Shown: one piece after another, positions 26,455 to 36,400 of the stretch | Numbering within the stretch: position 1 is the first letter of the stretch | How the letters are laid out: every line of letters begins with the position of its first letter | NCBI GenBank assembly: GCA_964530715.1 | Contig: CAZHBC010000001.1 | Location: 2,628-66,627 of the forward strand | Length of the DNA stretch: 64,000 nucleotides | Direction of reading: 5' to 3' | Source: an uncultured Sutterella sp. | GTDB taxonomy: Bacteria; Pseudomonadota; Gammaproteobacteria; Burkholderiales; Burkholderiaceae_F | The notes under the pieces: generated by a model | The model's input: only the letters and a program-made list of their open reading frames with translations | What the model was told of the DNA's origin: nothing | Databases searched by the model: none | Position numbers and translations under genes: made by a program

Positions 26455-27402
26455 ATGCCCTCGAACAATGAGCAACTTGTTATCGCAGTTTCTTCAAGAG
26501 CTTTGTTCGACTTAGAAAAAGAGCATGCTCTTTTCGAGGAATCCGGTATTGAGGCATACCGAAAATATCAAACAGAACATAAGGATGAGCCACTCAAACC
26601 CGGAGTTGCTTTTCCTTTTGTTCGCCGTCTGTTGTTCTTAAATGAGGTCTTTGGTCCTGACTCCTTTAAGGTCATTGTGATTAGCCGCAATTCTCCGGAA
26701 ACAGGACAACGCTTCTTTTCCTCCTGTCGCTATTACGGGTTACCCATTAAAGCAGGTGCTTTCACATCAGGGCAATCGACATTTCCTTATCTTTCTGCCT
26801 ACGATGCTTCTCTTTTCTTAAGTGCAAATAGAGAAAACGTTACAAACGCCATCAATCTAGGACTTCCCGCTGGTCTTGTACTTCCAACCGATGTACAGCC
26901 CAATGAAGTGGAAAAGGAAAATGAACTCCGTATTGCTTTTGACTTTGATGGAGTCATTGTCGATGATGAGTCTGAGAAAGCCTACAAAGAAAGTGGTTTA
27001 GCAGGTTTCGAGAAACTCGAACAAGAAAAGAAATATACGCCGCACTCTCCTGGCCCCTTACATAAACTCTTTACAAAGCTAGCACGCTTTCAAGAGCTTG
27101 ATGAACTAAGAGGCAAAGGGAACCCTTATTACAAACCGAGCATTCGTGTTGCTATCGTTACTGCACGCGGAGCTCCAAGCGAACAGCGTCTTATTACAAC
27201 ACTTAAGACCTTCGGTATGCGGGCAGCGGAACTCTTCCTTTTAGATGGCATCTCTAAGGCAGGTGTTTTAGAGGCGTTTCGTCCTCATATCTTTTTTGAT
27301 GATCAAATTCGCCATCTAGAAGGAACAAAAAGTAAGATTCCTAGTGTTTTAATTCCTTTTGGCGTTAGAAATGCACAGTCACAAACGGCTAGTACTAAAT
27401 AA
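26455..27402 (+). CDS. 5'-nucleotidase (cN-I-like HAD family)
   Basis: LVIAVSSRALFDL, SRNSPETG, LRIAFDFDGV, VTARGAP, PHIFFDDQ. Confidence 0.9.
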   Translation: MPSNNEQLVIAVSSRALFDLEKEHALFEESGIEAYRKYQTEHKDEPLKPGVAFPFVRRLLFLNEVFGPDSFKVIVISRNSPETGQRFFSSCRYYGLPIKAGAFTSGQSTFPYLSAYDASLFLSANRENVTNAINLGLPAGLVLPTDVQPNEVEKENELRIAFDFDGVIVDDESEKAYKESGLAGFEKLEQEKKYTPHSPGPLHKLFTKLARFQELDELRGKGNPYYKPSIRVAIVTARGAPSEQRLITTLKTFGMRAAELFLLDGISKAGVLEAFRPHIFFDDQIRHLEGTKSKIPSVLIPFGVRNAQSQTASTK

Positions 27403-27667
27403 ATGGTTTTAAAAAGAAAAAAATAACAGTAGTAATAATAGTGAGCGCAGGCGCTGTGGAAAATAAGAAAAAGCAAAGAAGAAACAAACAAAATAACGGT
27501 GAATAAAATAGGGGAAAAGTCACAGAAAAAGCTGTGAAAGAGAAATGAGATTCTGTGGAAAGAAGGCAAGGAAAGTTAAAGAGGGAAAAAGGGCTGTGAA
27601 AACAGCAAGAGAATTCCACAGAGAAATCACAAAGTTTTAAAAAACGGAAAAGAATTGGAGTAAGAGA
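27403..27667. other. Probable chromosomal replication origin (oriC)
   Basis: AT-rich tract, then DnaA-trios TAA-CAG-TAG-TAA-TAA-TAG (27424-27441), a GC-rich spacer, DnaA box TGTGGAAAA (27455-27463), and further co-oriented 1-mismatch boxes at 27498, 27533, 27554 and 27595. Strand composition appears to switch here. Confidence 0.8.
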
Positions 27668-28342
27668 ATGAAAAAGAAGCAACTTATCGCGATGACCTGT
27701 GCGGCGCTCTGTGCTGCAACAGGCGTGATGACAAGTGGTTGTACAGCGGTGGCAATTGGAGGTGCTACATACGCCACAACGACAGCTGTTGGGACGATTA
27801 CAGACAGGAGAACAACAGGGACAGTGGTTGATGACAAACTACTAGAGAAGAAAATCTCCTATGAAATCGATCAAAAGCTTGGTAAAGAGACAGAAAAACA
27901 CGTCACAGTAACGGCGTATAACCGTCGAGTTCTTCTCTCGGGAGAAATCTCAAGCCAAAGCGCAAAAGAAGCAGCTGGAAAGATTGCTGCAGAGAATACG
28001 GATGTTCGCGAAGTTATCAACGAACTCAGTGTGCAGGAAAACGTTAGTGTTTTCAAAAGGGTGAGTGATTCGACATTAGCAACGAAAGTTCGTACTCGGA
28101 TTATCGCTAACCAAAAGGTCGAACTTAACCAGATGAAGGTTGTTGCGGAAAGAGGAATTGTTTACTTAATTGGAATACTGACGGCTGAGGAAAATAAGAA
28201 GGCCTGTCAAATTGCTGCTTCTACCTCAGGGGTTGAACGTGTAGTTTCCTGTGTGGAAGTTATGACACAACAAGAAATTGATGAACGCATGAGACTTTTG
28301 GAAGAAAATAAGAAGAAACAAACAGAGACAGAGACAAACTAA
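27668..28342 (+). CDS. Dual-BON-domain lipoprotein (DolP/YraP-like)
   Basis: Lipobox-like TSGC, DRRTTGTVVDD, VTAYNRRVLLSG, VVAERGIVYLIG; GGAG SD. Confidence 0.9.
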   Translation: MKKKQLIAMTCAALCAATGVMTSGCTAVAIGGATYATTTAVGTITDRRTTGTVVDDKLLEKKISYEIDQKLGKETEKHVTVTAYNRRVLLSGEISSQSAKEAAGKIAAENTDVREVINELSVQENVSVFKRVSDSTLATKVRTRIIANQKVELNQMKVVAERGIVYLIGILTAEENKKACQIAASTSGVERVVSCVEVMTQQEIDERMRLLEENKKKQTETETN

Positions 28343-28348
28343 AGAAAG

Positions 28349-28382
28349 AAAAAAAGGGTCGTGCGAAGCGGCCCTTTTTTTA
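28349..28382. terminator. Bidirectional intrinsic terminator
   Basis: AAAAAAAGGGTCG-TGCGAAG-CGGCCCTTTTTT between convergent genes. Confidence 0.85.
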
Positions 28383-29291
28383 AATGTACCTCGATACGAC
28401 AATCAAGATAGAGAGCGCAATAGAGAAGCGAAGTTCAAGTTGCACGGTGGAAAAAAGAACACCATTTAGAGCGTCTCCTTCAAGAGAAACTAAACGTTTG
28501 TAGAGATCTCTACTGCTTGGGATAAAGAAAAGAGTTGCAAGAATAGGCCAAAGAGAAAAGTCCAAAGCGATAAGCACCAAAGAAACAACAAAGGGAAGGA
28601 AAATCAAAGTTGCGTATAGGTGTGAAGCCGCTTCTTTACCGATGACAACAGCAAGCGTTTTTCTTTGAATAGAGGCATCGTGGTTGATGTCGCGATAGTT
28701 GTTAACAACAAGAACAGCAGTAGCTAGAAAGCCCACGGCACAGCCACCGAGAACTGCGTAAAAAGAAAGAGCTTTTGTCTGTAAATAATAAGTTCCGCAG
28801 ACTGCCACCAATCCAAAAAAGATAAAGCAAACACACTCACTAAATGGAGTGTATGCCAAGGGTTTAGGTCCACCCATGTATAGGTAAGCAGCAACCACCG
28901 AGCAGATACTAATTAAAACGATAACCCAGCCTCCTTGATAAAGGAGGTAAGCCGTGTCCAAAGCAACAATACCTGCTAAAAGAAGAATGGCTTTTTCCAC
29001 GGAAGAAATACTAAGAAGGCCAAGAGATGTTGCGCGAGGAAGACCTTTGCGGTTTGATCTCTCGGCTTTGCGCCGCGTGTAAGCAGCATCGTTTTCCATA
29101 TTGGTTATCGCCTGCATGAGTACCGATAAAAGAGCGGTTGCAAGAGCGATACCCCATTGAAGCGTGTGTGTCTCGAAAAAAGCGAAGGCGAGTCCTACAA
29201 AAACAGGGCACAGAGCAACGCCCCAAGTTTTTGGACGACAGCACATCATCCAAGCAGCAAAAGAATTCTTTTTTACTTCCTGATCTGTCAT
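28380..29291 (-). CDS. menA: 1,4-dihydroxy-2-naphthoate prenyltransferase (UbiA family)
   Basis: RPKTW, YMGGPKPLAY, LVVNNYRDINHD...RKTLAV. Confidence 0.9.
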   Translation of the reverse strand: MTDQEVKKNSFAAWMMCCRPKTWGVALCPVFVGLAFAFFETHTLQWGIALATALLSVLMQAITNMENDAAYTRRKAERSNRKGLPRATSLGLLSISSVEKAILLLAGIVALDTAYLLYQGGWVIVLISICSVVAAYLYMGGPKPLAYTPFSECVCFIFFGLVAVCGTYYLQTKALSFYAVLGGCAVGFLATAVLVVNNYRDINHDASIQRKTLAVVIGKEAASHLYATLIFLPFVVSLVLIALDFSLWPILATLFFIPSSRDLYKRLVSLEGDALNGVLFSTVQLELRFSIALSILIVVSRYI

Positions 29292-29569
29292 AGGAGAAAT
29301 TTCACATCTTTTATTGCATGCAATGCACGGTAAATTGCATCAAGTTCTTCCTGAGAAGAAACGTAAACAGATGCGGTCAAAGAAAGATATTTTTTTGTCT
29401 TCGAGAATTCGCTGACAAGTGTTGCAGGATTAAATTCTGGGAGAATTAAGCAAATAGCCTTTGCAACATCGTCTGGAAAGGACTCTGTGTTGTTTCCGAT
29501 AACCTTTAAAGGAAAGAATGTCGGAAACGTCAAAAGAGTTTCAGTATTTTCTAAAGGGGCTTCTGTCAT
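29288..29569 (-). CDS. ybeD: YbeD/DUF493 family protein
   Basis: LLTFPTFFPLKVIG...SKTKKYLSLT...SQEELDAIYRAL; downstream of the dacA homolog. Confidence 0.88.
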   Translation of the reverse strand: MTEAPLENTETLLTFPTFFPLKVIGNNTESFPDDVAKAICLILPEFNPATLVSEFSKTKKYLSLTASVYVSSQEELDAIYRALHAIKDVKFLL

Positions 29570-30735
29570 TTTTTAGAGGGATAAGTTTCACTTGTACGTA
29601 AGCGTACAGAGTCAATCAAACGGCTAATAAACCCACCTAAACCGATATCGTGGCGCGCATAAAGGGGAAAGGATGCAATGGGTTTTTGCTCAAATTCCAC
29701 TTGAAGAGTTCCAACCTGTGTTCCGCGTTTAATTGGGGCAACAAGCGGATGCAAGTAGGTGACATGTGTGGAAAAGCCACCTGTTCCGCGCGCAACAAGC
29801 AGTTTATGTGGAATCGTGACCCAAACGGCACGGGAGAAACCAACATCGAGTTTGTCGCGGTTTCCTTTAATGACATCTAAGCGAGCGATGGTTGCGTTGT
29901 TGTCAAAAAGCTTGATGGTTTCGTAGTTAATCCAGCCTTCACGAAGAAGGTTAAACGATTCGTCTGTCGTTTTTTCTCGCGTTTTCCCACCAAGGACGAC
30001 ACTTAAAAGAGAACGGGGTGTTGCCTTTTCATTTTCCGCGCGGAGCCAAGAGGAGATAATGTTTAAGTTAGATCTTGAAGCCATAACGCCATTGACGCTA
30101 GGACTTTTCCACAGAGAAAGGTTGCAGTTTTTTTGAGTGTGTCCAGAAAAGGAGAATTCCGTATCAGAAAACCAAGCAAAGGCTGCGGGAAATTCGATGC
30201 GAATTTGATTGGCAAGTAGGGCAAGATCGTAGGCAGAGGTCTTTTGACCATCGGAAGAAATTGGGGATGTAAAAACCGAGTCTTTCATGCCGATTTCTTT
30301 TGCGAAAGCATTCATTTTCTCGGTAAAGCCCGCGTAGGAACCGCCTAAGAAGCGTGCTGTGGCAAGAGAGGAGTCCTCTGCACCAAGAACCGCAATTGAG
30401 CGCAAAAGCGTAGAAAGAGGAACTTGTGTTTCAGCAATAAGATAGATGCGGCGAGAACTCTGAGACTTTTGCGTGTCTTCGTAGTTGATGGTGACTTGAT
30501 GCTGAAGTTTTTCTGTTGAGAAATCTGTTAACTTCAAAGCTGTGTAAAGCGTCATGAGAGCAGTTAAATCCCGAGGATTAACAATCTCATGAGATTTCTT
30601 TTCCAAAATCACAGCGCCGCTTGCACCATCGATAAGAATGGCGATAGGCGCCTCGATTTGGACGGAAGCGAGCGCAAAAGAACTGTATGCGCAGAACACT
30701 AAAGATGCGCAAGAGAAAAGAAATTTCCGTAACAT
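29566..30735 (-). CDS. D-Ala-D-Ala carboxypeptidase (PBP5/DacA, peptidase S11) homolog, apparently catalytically dead
   Basis: Signal peptide, FTEKMNAFAKEIGM, SAYDLALLA, LVAPIKRGTQVG C-domain. The SxxK, SxN and KTG positions read RDLTA, GAED and VMAS. Confidence 0.85.
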   Translation of the reverse strand: MLRKFLFSCASLVFCAYSSFALASVQIEAPIAILIDGASGAVILEKKSHEIVNPRDLTALMTLYTALKLTDFSTEKLQHQVTINYEDTQKSQSSRRIYLIAETQVPLSTLLRSIAVLGAEDSSLATARFLGGSYAGFTEKMNAFAKEIGMKDSVFTSPISSDGQKTSAYDLALLANQIRIEFPAAFAWFSDTEFSFSGHTQKNCNLSLWKSPSVNGVMASRSNLNIISSWLRAENEKATPRSLLSVVLGGKTREKTTDESFNLLREGWINYETIKLFDNNATIARLDVIKGNRDKLDVGFSRAVWVTIPHKLLVARGTGGFSTHVTYLHPLVAPIKRGTQVGTLQVEFEQKPIASFPLYARHDIGLGGFISRLIDSVRLRTSETYPSKK

Positions 30736-30829
30736 GGCGTCATTCTAAGGTTTTTTGACCGCAAGAAACCGAGAAAATGTTTTCTAAAGATGTCCTTACA
30801 GGGATTCTTCTTTTAGGTAGTGACCGATC

Positions 30830-31564
30830 ATGCAAAGTCGTGAGGAACAACTTAAAAACTTTCTTAAGCTCGAAGCGGATGTTCTTTGGCTTAAATCGAC
30901 TGGAAGCACCAATGATGATGTCAAGGCGGTTTTGAAAAAAGGGGCTTCAGCAAAGTATGTTATTCGCGTAGCAGATAAGCAGACTCGCGGTCGTGGAACT
31001 CGGGGAAGAGTTTGGGAAAACGAAGAGCAAGCTTTGCTTCTGAGTGTTGGTGGCTATATAAAAAAAGTTTCAGCAGAGTGGACACCATTTTTAGGTTGGC
31101 AACTCGTGAAACTTTTCTCTGAAAAGAACGCAGATGTCCGAGTGAAGTGGCCTAATGATCTTTGGATTGGGGAAAAGAAACTTGCAGGAATCCTTTGTGA
31201 AGCGTCGCAATCAGAAGAAAAAGGGCTTTTTTACGTGATTGGCATTGGTATTAATCTAAAAGGGGCCAATCCGAAACGCGCATATCTCAATATTTCCCAA
31301 GAGGATAAAATCGAATTTTGTGCACAAATTATTCGTAAAATCACACAGTCGGTAGAAGATTTTTCAATGGAAAAGTTAGAAGAAATCTCCTTGGTGTGGA
31401 AAGAAAAAGATGCCTTGTTTGGAAAGAAAGTTCGTGTGACGGATGCAAATGGGCGGATAATTCTTGGTAAAGAAAAAGGAATTAATGAAAGAGGGCAATT
31501 ACGCATTGAAAGTGATGCGGGAGAAAAGCTTTTTTCAGATGCTTCAATTGAACTCTTAGAGTAG
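30830..31564 (+). CDS. birA: Biotin--[acetyl-CoA carboxylase] ligase (no HTH)
   Basis: STGSTN, QTRGRGTRGRVW, VKWPND, KLAGILCE, GIGIN. Confidence 0.95.
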   Translation: MQSREEQLKNFLKLEADVLWLKSTGSTNDDVKAVLKKGASAKYVIRVADKQTRGRGTRGRVWENEEQALLLSVGGYIKKVSAEWTPFLGWQLVKLFSEKNADVRVKWPNDLWIGEKKLAGILCEASQSEEKGLFYVIGIGINLKGANPKRAYLNISQEDKIEFCAQIIRKITQSVEDFSMEKLEEISLVWKEKDALFGKKVRVTDANGRIILGKEKGINERGQLRIESDAGEKLFSDASIELLE

Positions 31565-31579
31565 CAGGATAGAAAAACC

Positions 31580-32338
31580 GTGACGGCATTATTGGTTGAC
31601 TTAGGAAACACAGCGCTTAAATGGGCAATGTCAGATGACCCAGAAAACCCGCACACATATGTGCATGCTGGGGCGAATGCTGTTAATGGTGAAATTCTTC
31701 AAACATGGCTTAACTTACGACCTAAACGTGTTTTTGGGTGCATGGTTTCTAGTGAAGCTTTAGCGCTCTCGCTTACGAAGTTTTTTAATCGCTACCAAAT
31801 TGATTGGGAATGGTTGCAATCCGAGAAAGTGTTCGAAGGGCCATTCCGACTAGAAAACGCATATGAGAATTACCACCAACTTGGTAGTGATCGTTGGCAT
31901 GCGGCTATCGGTGCGGTAAGCCTTTTCCCGAATCAAGCACTAATAGTGGCACAACTTGGTACGGCAACGACAGTGGATACAGTTCTTCCTTCGGGAAAAT
32001 CTATGCGTTTTCTTGGAGGGCGGATTCTCGCAGGACCTTCACTTATGATTTCCGCATTAACGGGTGCTACGAGATGTCGTTATAACGCAATCGGAAAGAG
32101 TGAAGCCTTTCCTTTGAATACGACAGATGCCATTAGTACAGGGATTGTCGAAGCGCATATCGGTGTTTTTGAGCAAGCACGCAGAGCCATAAGAGAACAG
32201 GGATTTGAACCGCGAATTGTCTTCGCAGGAGGTGCTGCTCCTCTTTTAGCTCCTTACATCACAAAAGCTTTCCCTGATGCAGTACAAAAGCATAACCTCG
32301 TTTTACACGGGCTTGCCTTGAGGGCAAGGCTTGGATAA
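31580..32338 (+). CDS. coaX: Type III pantothenate kinase
   Basis: LVDLGNTALKW, LGSDRW, GTATTVD, GGRILAG; follows birA. Confidence 0.93.
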   Translation: MTALLVDLGNTALKWAMSDDPENPHTYVHAGANAVNGEILQTWLNLRPKRVFGCMVSSEALALSLTKFFNRYQIDWEWLQSEKVFEGPFRLENAYENYHQLGSDRWHAAIGAVSLFPNQALIVAQLGTATTVDTVLPSGKSMRFLGGRILAGPSLMISALTGATRCRYNAIGKSEAFPLNTTDAISTGIVEAHIGVFEQARRAIREQGFEPRIVFAGGAAPLLAPYITKAFPDAVQKHNLVLHGLALRARLG

Positions 32339-32356
32339 GGGAAGAGGGGAAGCGCG

Positions 32357-33019
32357 ATGAAAAAAATTGCCGTTTTTCTTTCGTTGATTCTCGTAGCCCT
32401 TTGCGGATACCTTTTTTACATGAACAAGGGAGCTACGCAAACGATTGCTACGCTAAAAGTTCCTTTGGAAATCACTGTTAGTACTGGGGAAGTTAAAGAG
32501 CAAACACTGGAAGAAGCACAAAGTGAGAGTGAGACTGAAAAACCACTTCAAGACGAAAAAAAGTGCTACATCTGGGGAAAGCATCCAGAAGGAGCAACGG
32601 CCAAAATCGCTTTCCTTCTTCGCCAACAGGGACTGCATAGAGATGTTGTGATTAGTGATGATTTTCTCCCCGAGCGTTACATTGTCTTCTTAGGACCACT
32701 TAAGAACAAAACCTCTCTTAGGGCTTTTGCAAAACAACTGCGGCAACAGGGATATAAAAAAGTTCGCCCCATTGAACGGGGCGCTCTGGCACCAGGCATA
32801 GAGATTGCTGAGTTTGAAAATGAGCAACAGGCAGCCGCTTACATCGAAGCGGGGAAGGCACCAGAAATTTCTGGTATTCGCGTGATTAAACGTTTGGGAG
32901 AGCCTTCAGGGAAGGTAAATCTTCTCTTCCAAGCCTTAGATGAAACCCAAGCGAAGGCGCTCTTCTCTTTAGCAAAGCGCTATAAGTCCGCTACAGTGCG
33001 CGAGTGCCCGAAAGATTAA
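32357..33019 (+). CDS. Membrane-anchored SPOR-like protein
   Basis: N-terminal TM; CYIWG, YIVFLGPL and terminal CP; position after birA-coaX is typical of betaproteobacteria. Confidence 0.65.
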   Translation: MKKIAVFLSLILVALCGYLFYMNKGATQTIATLKVPLEITVSTGEVKEQTLEEAQSESETEKPLQDEKKCYIWGKHPEGATAKIAFLLRQQGLHRDVVISDDFLPERYIVFLGPLKNKTSLRAFAKQLRQQGYKKVRPIERGALAPGIEIAEFENEQQAAAYIEAGKAPEISGIRVIKRLGEPSGKVNLLFQALDETQAKALFSLAKRYKSATVRECPKD

Positions 33020-33448
33020 CTAGCAGAATTCTTTGCTAAGAAGGATAGGTAAGTCTTCCAGGAAGCGTTTTGCCTCTTCGAAGTGTTTTTCCATCGAAGC
33101 GCTGTTCACAGCACGACGTTTTTGAGACCAAACAGAGTCTGGGAAATATTCATCATCAGCAAAACGAGCAATGATGTGCCAATGTAGGTGTGGCGTCATA
33201 TTGCCGAATTCAGCAAGATTAATTTTTTCCGCGGAAAAGTACTGGCGCATTTTTTCTTCAATGAAGAAGACCACATCCATGACGTGATTTCTTTCTTCCC
33301 TTGATAGGTCTGTCATCTCTTTCGTGTGGCGCGTCAGAACGACACGGATAAAACCAGGAAGTCCTTCTTGAGAGGCATCAATCACGTAGACCGATGCATC
33401 TCGCCAAAGTTCTTTTGGATGGGGGTTTACACATAATTCACAGGGCAT
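33020..33448 (-). CDS. HIT family protein
   Basis: CELC, KINLAEFGNMTPHLHWHIIARF...FPDSVW. Confidence 0.93.
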   Translation of the reverse strand: MPCELCVNPHPKELWRDASVYVIDASQEGLPGFIRVVLTRHTKEMTDLSREERNHVMDVVFFIEEKMRQYFSAEKINLAEFGNMTPHLHWHIIARFADDEYFPDSVWSQKRRAVNSASMEKHFEEAKRFLEDLPILLSKEFC

Positions 33449-33479
33449 AAAAAGAACCACGGTAGCTTTCGCTACCGTG
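33449..33479 (-). terminator. Intrinsic terminator after the FAD/Fe-S oxidoreductase
   Basis: Minus strand reads CACGGTAGC-GAAA-GCTACCGTG-GTTCTTTTT. Confidence 0.75.
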
Positions 33480-33493
33480 CCCTAGATAAAGTT

Positions 33494-36400
33494 TTAAACC
33501 AAAACGTTCTCAATGCCTTCTTTCTTGACACGAGTAACGAACTCTTTGAGCCAATTCTTGCCGAGTTTTCTTTGAGCAAGTTCTACGACAAGGAATTCGG
33601 CATTCGTCTTCGTTGCCTGCGAGTAGCGGCTAATGCCTTGGAAGCAACCAGGGCATGTCGTGAGAATCCGAATGGCGCCTTCGAAGTTATCCTTTGTGAG
33701 CTCAGAGCGCATCTGAAGAATATTCTCTTCTTTGCGGAAGCGAACTTGAGTTGCAATATCGGGCCGTCCCACAGCGAAGGTCCCCGACTCTCCGCAACAG
33801 TAGTCCGTTTTAAGAATACGACTTGCATCAGAGGGCTTTAAAAGCTTATTGACAACGTCCGTGGGCTTCCCAGAGGAGAAGGGCGAATGGCAAGGATCGT
33901 GATAAAGATACCGAGTCTTCTCATCGCCTTCGACGGAGAAGCCTTTTTCTGCCAAGTACTCATGTACGTCGATAAGGCGGCAACCTGGGAAAATCTGCTC
34001 AAAGTGATATTCCTTAAGTTGCTTTAAACAGGTTCCACAGCTGACAACAACTGTCTTGATGTCAAGATAATTTAGCGTGTTTGCAATGCGGTGAAAGAGA
34101 ACACGATTTTCTGTGACAATCTTATCGGCAAGCGTTCCTTGTCCGTTACCTCTCTGTGGGTACCCGCAACACATGTATCGCGGTGGGAGGACAGTTTGAA
34201 CGCCGCTTTCGTAAAGCAGAGCAAGAGCGGCGATACCAACTTCTGGGAAGAGACGGTCGTTGCCGCAGCCTGGGAAGTACAAAACGGCTTCTGCATTAGT
34301 TGCATCAGGCTTACGAATAATCGGAACGCGCGTCGTGTCGGTTAGACCCAGTGTGGCACGCATTGTCTTTGTGAGACGCGGCTTCGGAAGCTTGCGGTTG
34401 ACAAGCGTGATGACCTGTTCGACAAAGGGTTGCTTGCCGGTGGTATTGGGGGGTCGCTTCAGAGCGGGCTGAATCGCAACGCTCAAGAGACGGTTGGCAT
34501 TGCGTTGTGCACTAAAGCCAAACTGAATTAAAGCCTTTCTAGCCGCCTCAATTGCCGTCGGGTTCTGTAGATTAAGGAAGGCCATACCAGCGGCTTTTGC
34601 TGGTTGCAGGTGCTTAAGACCAGAATCATGCAACAAATCGCGCATGAGGATTGTCACATCGCCAAAGTTAATCTTCACTGGGCAAACAGGGCGACACTTC
34701 ATGCAGAGTGTGCAGTGATCAGATAGATCTTCAATAGCCTCAAGGTGCCTCTGGCTTAAGCCTCGGCGTGTTTGCTCCTCATAGAGGAATGCTTCAATCA
34801 GAAGAGAGGTCGCAAGAATCTTATTTCGCGGCGAATACAAGAGATTTGCGCGTGGCACGTGTGTTGTGCAACGTGGTTTACATTTGCCACACCGCAGACA
34901 GTTCTTAATGGCGTCACTAATCGCCTTAATCTGTGTCTGCTGCATCAGAAGCGACTCGGCGCCAAGGAGGTTAAAGCTTGGCGTGTAGGCATTTGCAAGG
35001 CCACTCTCTTTGCGTAATTTACCGGCGTTAAAGTGCCGTTGCGGGTCGACGCGATCGAGGTAGTCGTAGAAGGGTTTGAGGTCAGCCTCGTCAATGAAGG
35101 CAATTTTTGTAAGACCAATACCGTGTTCGCCAGTAATGGAGCCACCAAGGGACTTCGCCGCATTCATGACAAGGGAAATCGCCTTCTCGCCTAACTGCAT
35201 CATTGCGTAGTTATCAGAGTTGAGCGGAACATTGGTGTGAACATTACCGTCACCTGCATGCATATGTAGGGCGATGAAAACGCGACCACGAAGCACTTTG
35301 TTGTGAATGGCATCAATCTCTTCAATGAGCTCTTCGAAGATGTTGCTTGGGAAGAGACGAATGAGAGGTGTGCGGATTTCTGTGTGCCAAGAAATTCGTA
35401 ACACTCTGTCGTAGACAACGTTAAAAAGTGTCGCATCTTTCCCGTAGGGTTTAACGCGAGCGGCAGAAAGCTTCACGCCAAGGGGCTTAAGCTTAACGAT
35501 GGCGTATTTGAGCGGCTCATCGAGGTTTTCTAAAACATACGTCCACCGTTCGCGAACGAGGTCAAGAAGTTCGATTGCTTTGGGTAAGGATTCACTAAAG
35601 AGACCTTCTTTGGAAGCGTCTGGACCGTCTGTTGTAGCGTTTACCTTTGACTTAAGGAAGGCGGAGAGGGCTTCGAGCATCTCGAGCTTATTCTTAATCG
35701 AGCATTCGATATTGAAGCGTTCGCAGATAATGGTGTATTCGCCAATCTTATCGAGCGGAATGACAACGTCTTCATTGAGTTTGAAGGCATTTGTATGGGC
35801 ACTGATTGCCGCTGTCCGACTTCTCTCGTGCCAGAACTGAAAGCGTTTCTCAGGGGTGCTTGCGATGTGTCCTTCGCCATTATGTGCTTCGCAAAGAGCG
35901 ACAACTTCTTTGCAGATTCTGTCAAGGGCCGCTTCATCATCAGCAACAATGTCGCCAACAAGAACCATCTTGGGGAATTCGTTACGTTGCGTCTTTGGCG
36001 GATAGCCAACCGCATGTAGATAGCGGTCATCCATGTGCTCAAGCCCTGCGAGCATGCAACCATCAGGGTGAGAATCCAAAAGTTTTGTGATGCCAACAAT
36101 GGCAGGGCCTGCTTCACTTGCCGCGCCGAAGAATTCCAAGCACAAGGTACGCCCAAGTTTTGGCATACGGTGTAAGACCCAGGTCGCTGAAGTAATGAGA
36201 CCGTCACAACCTTCCTTCTGTACACCTGGTAAACCGCCAAGGAATTTGTTGGAAACGTCTTTTCCAAGACCAGCTTTGCGGAACGTGGTTCCAGGAATCG
36301 TGAGAAGTTCTTTCTTTAGAACTTTTGCTTTAGAAGGATCGGCTTGAGAGCCGTCTTTGGTTGTAATTTCCCAAGTGACGGTCTTTTGCTTATGAATCTT

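Noticed and set aside
27403..27667. Recurring (G/T)CTGTG(G/A)AAA units as a CRISPR array or tandem repeat
   Set aside because: Units are only about 10 bp, irregularly spaced, with no cas genes nearby; they are better explained as DnaA boxes.
27303..27837. Phe-rich minus-strand ORFs (27303-27569, 27395-27682, 27637-27837)
   Set aside because: By-products of the purine-biased origin DNA and of the antisense strand of the BON gene.
30721..30730. Fourth AAATTTCCGT copy at the start of the dacA homolog
   Set aside because: Single occurrence inside coding sequence; compatible with chance.
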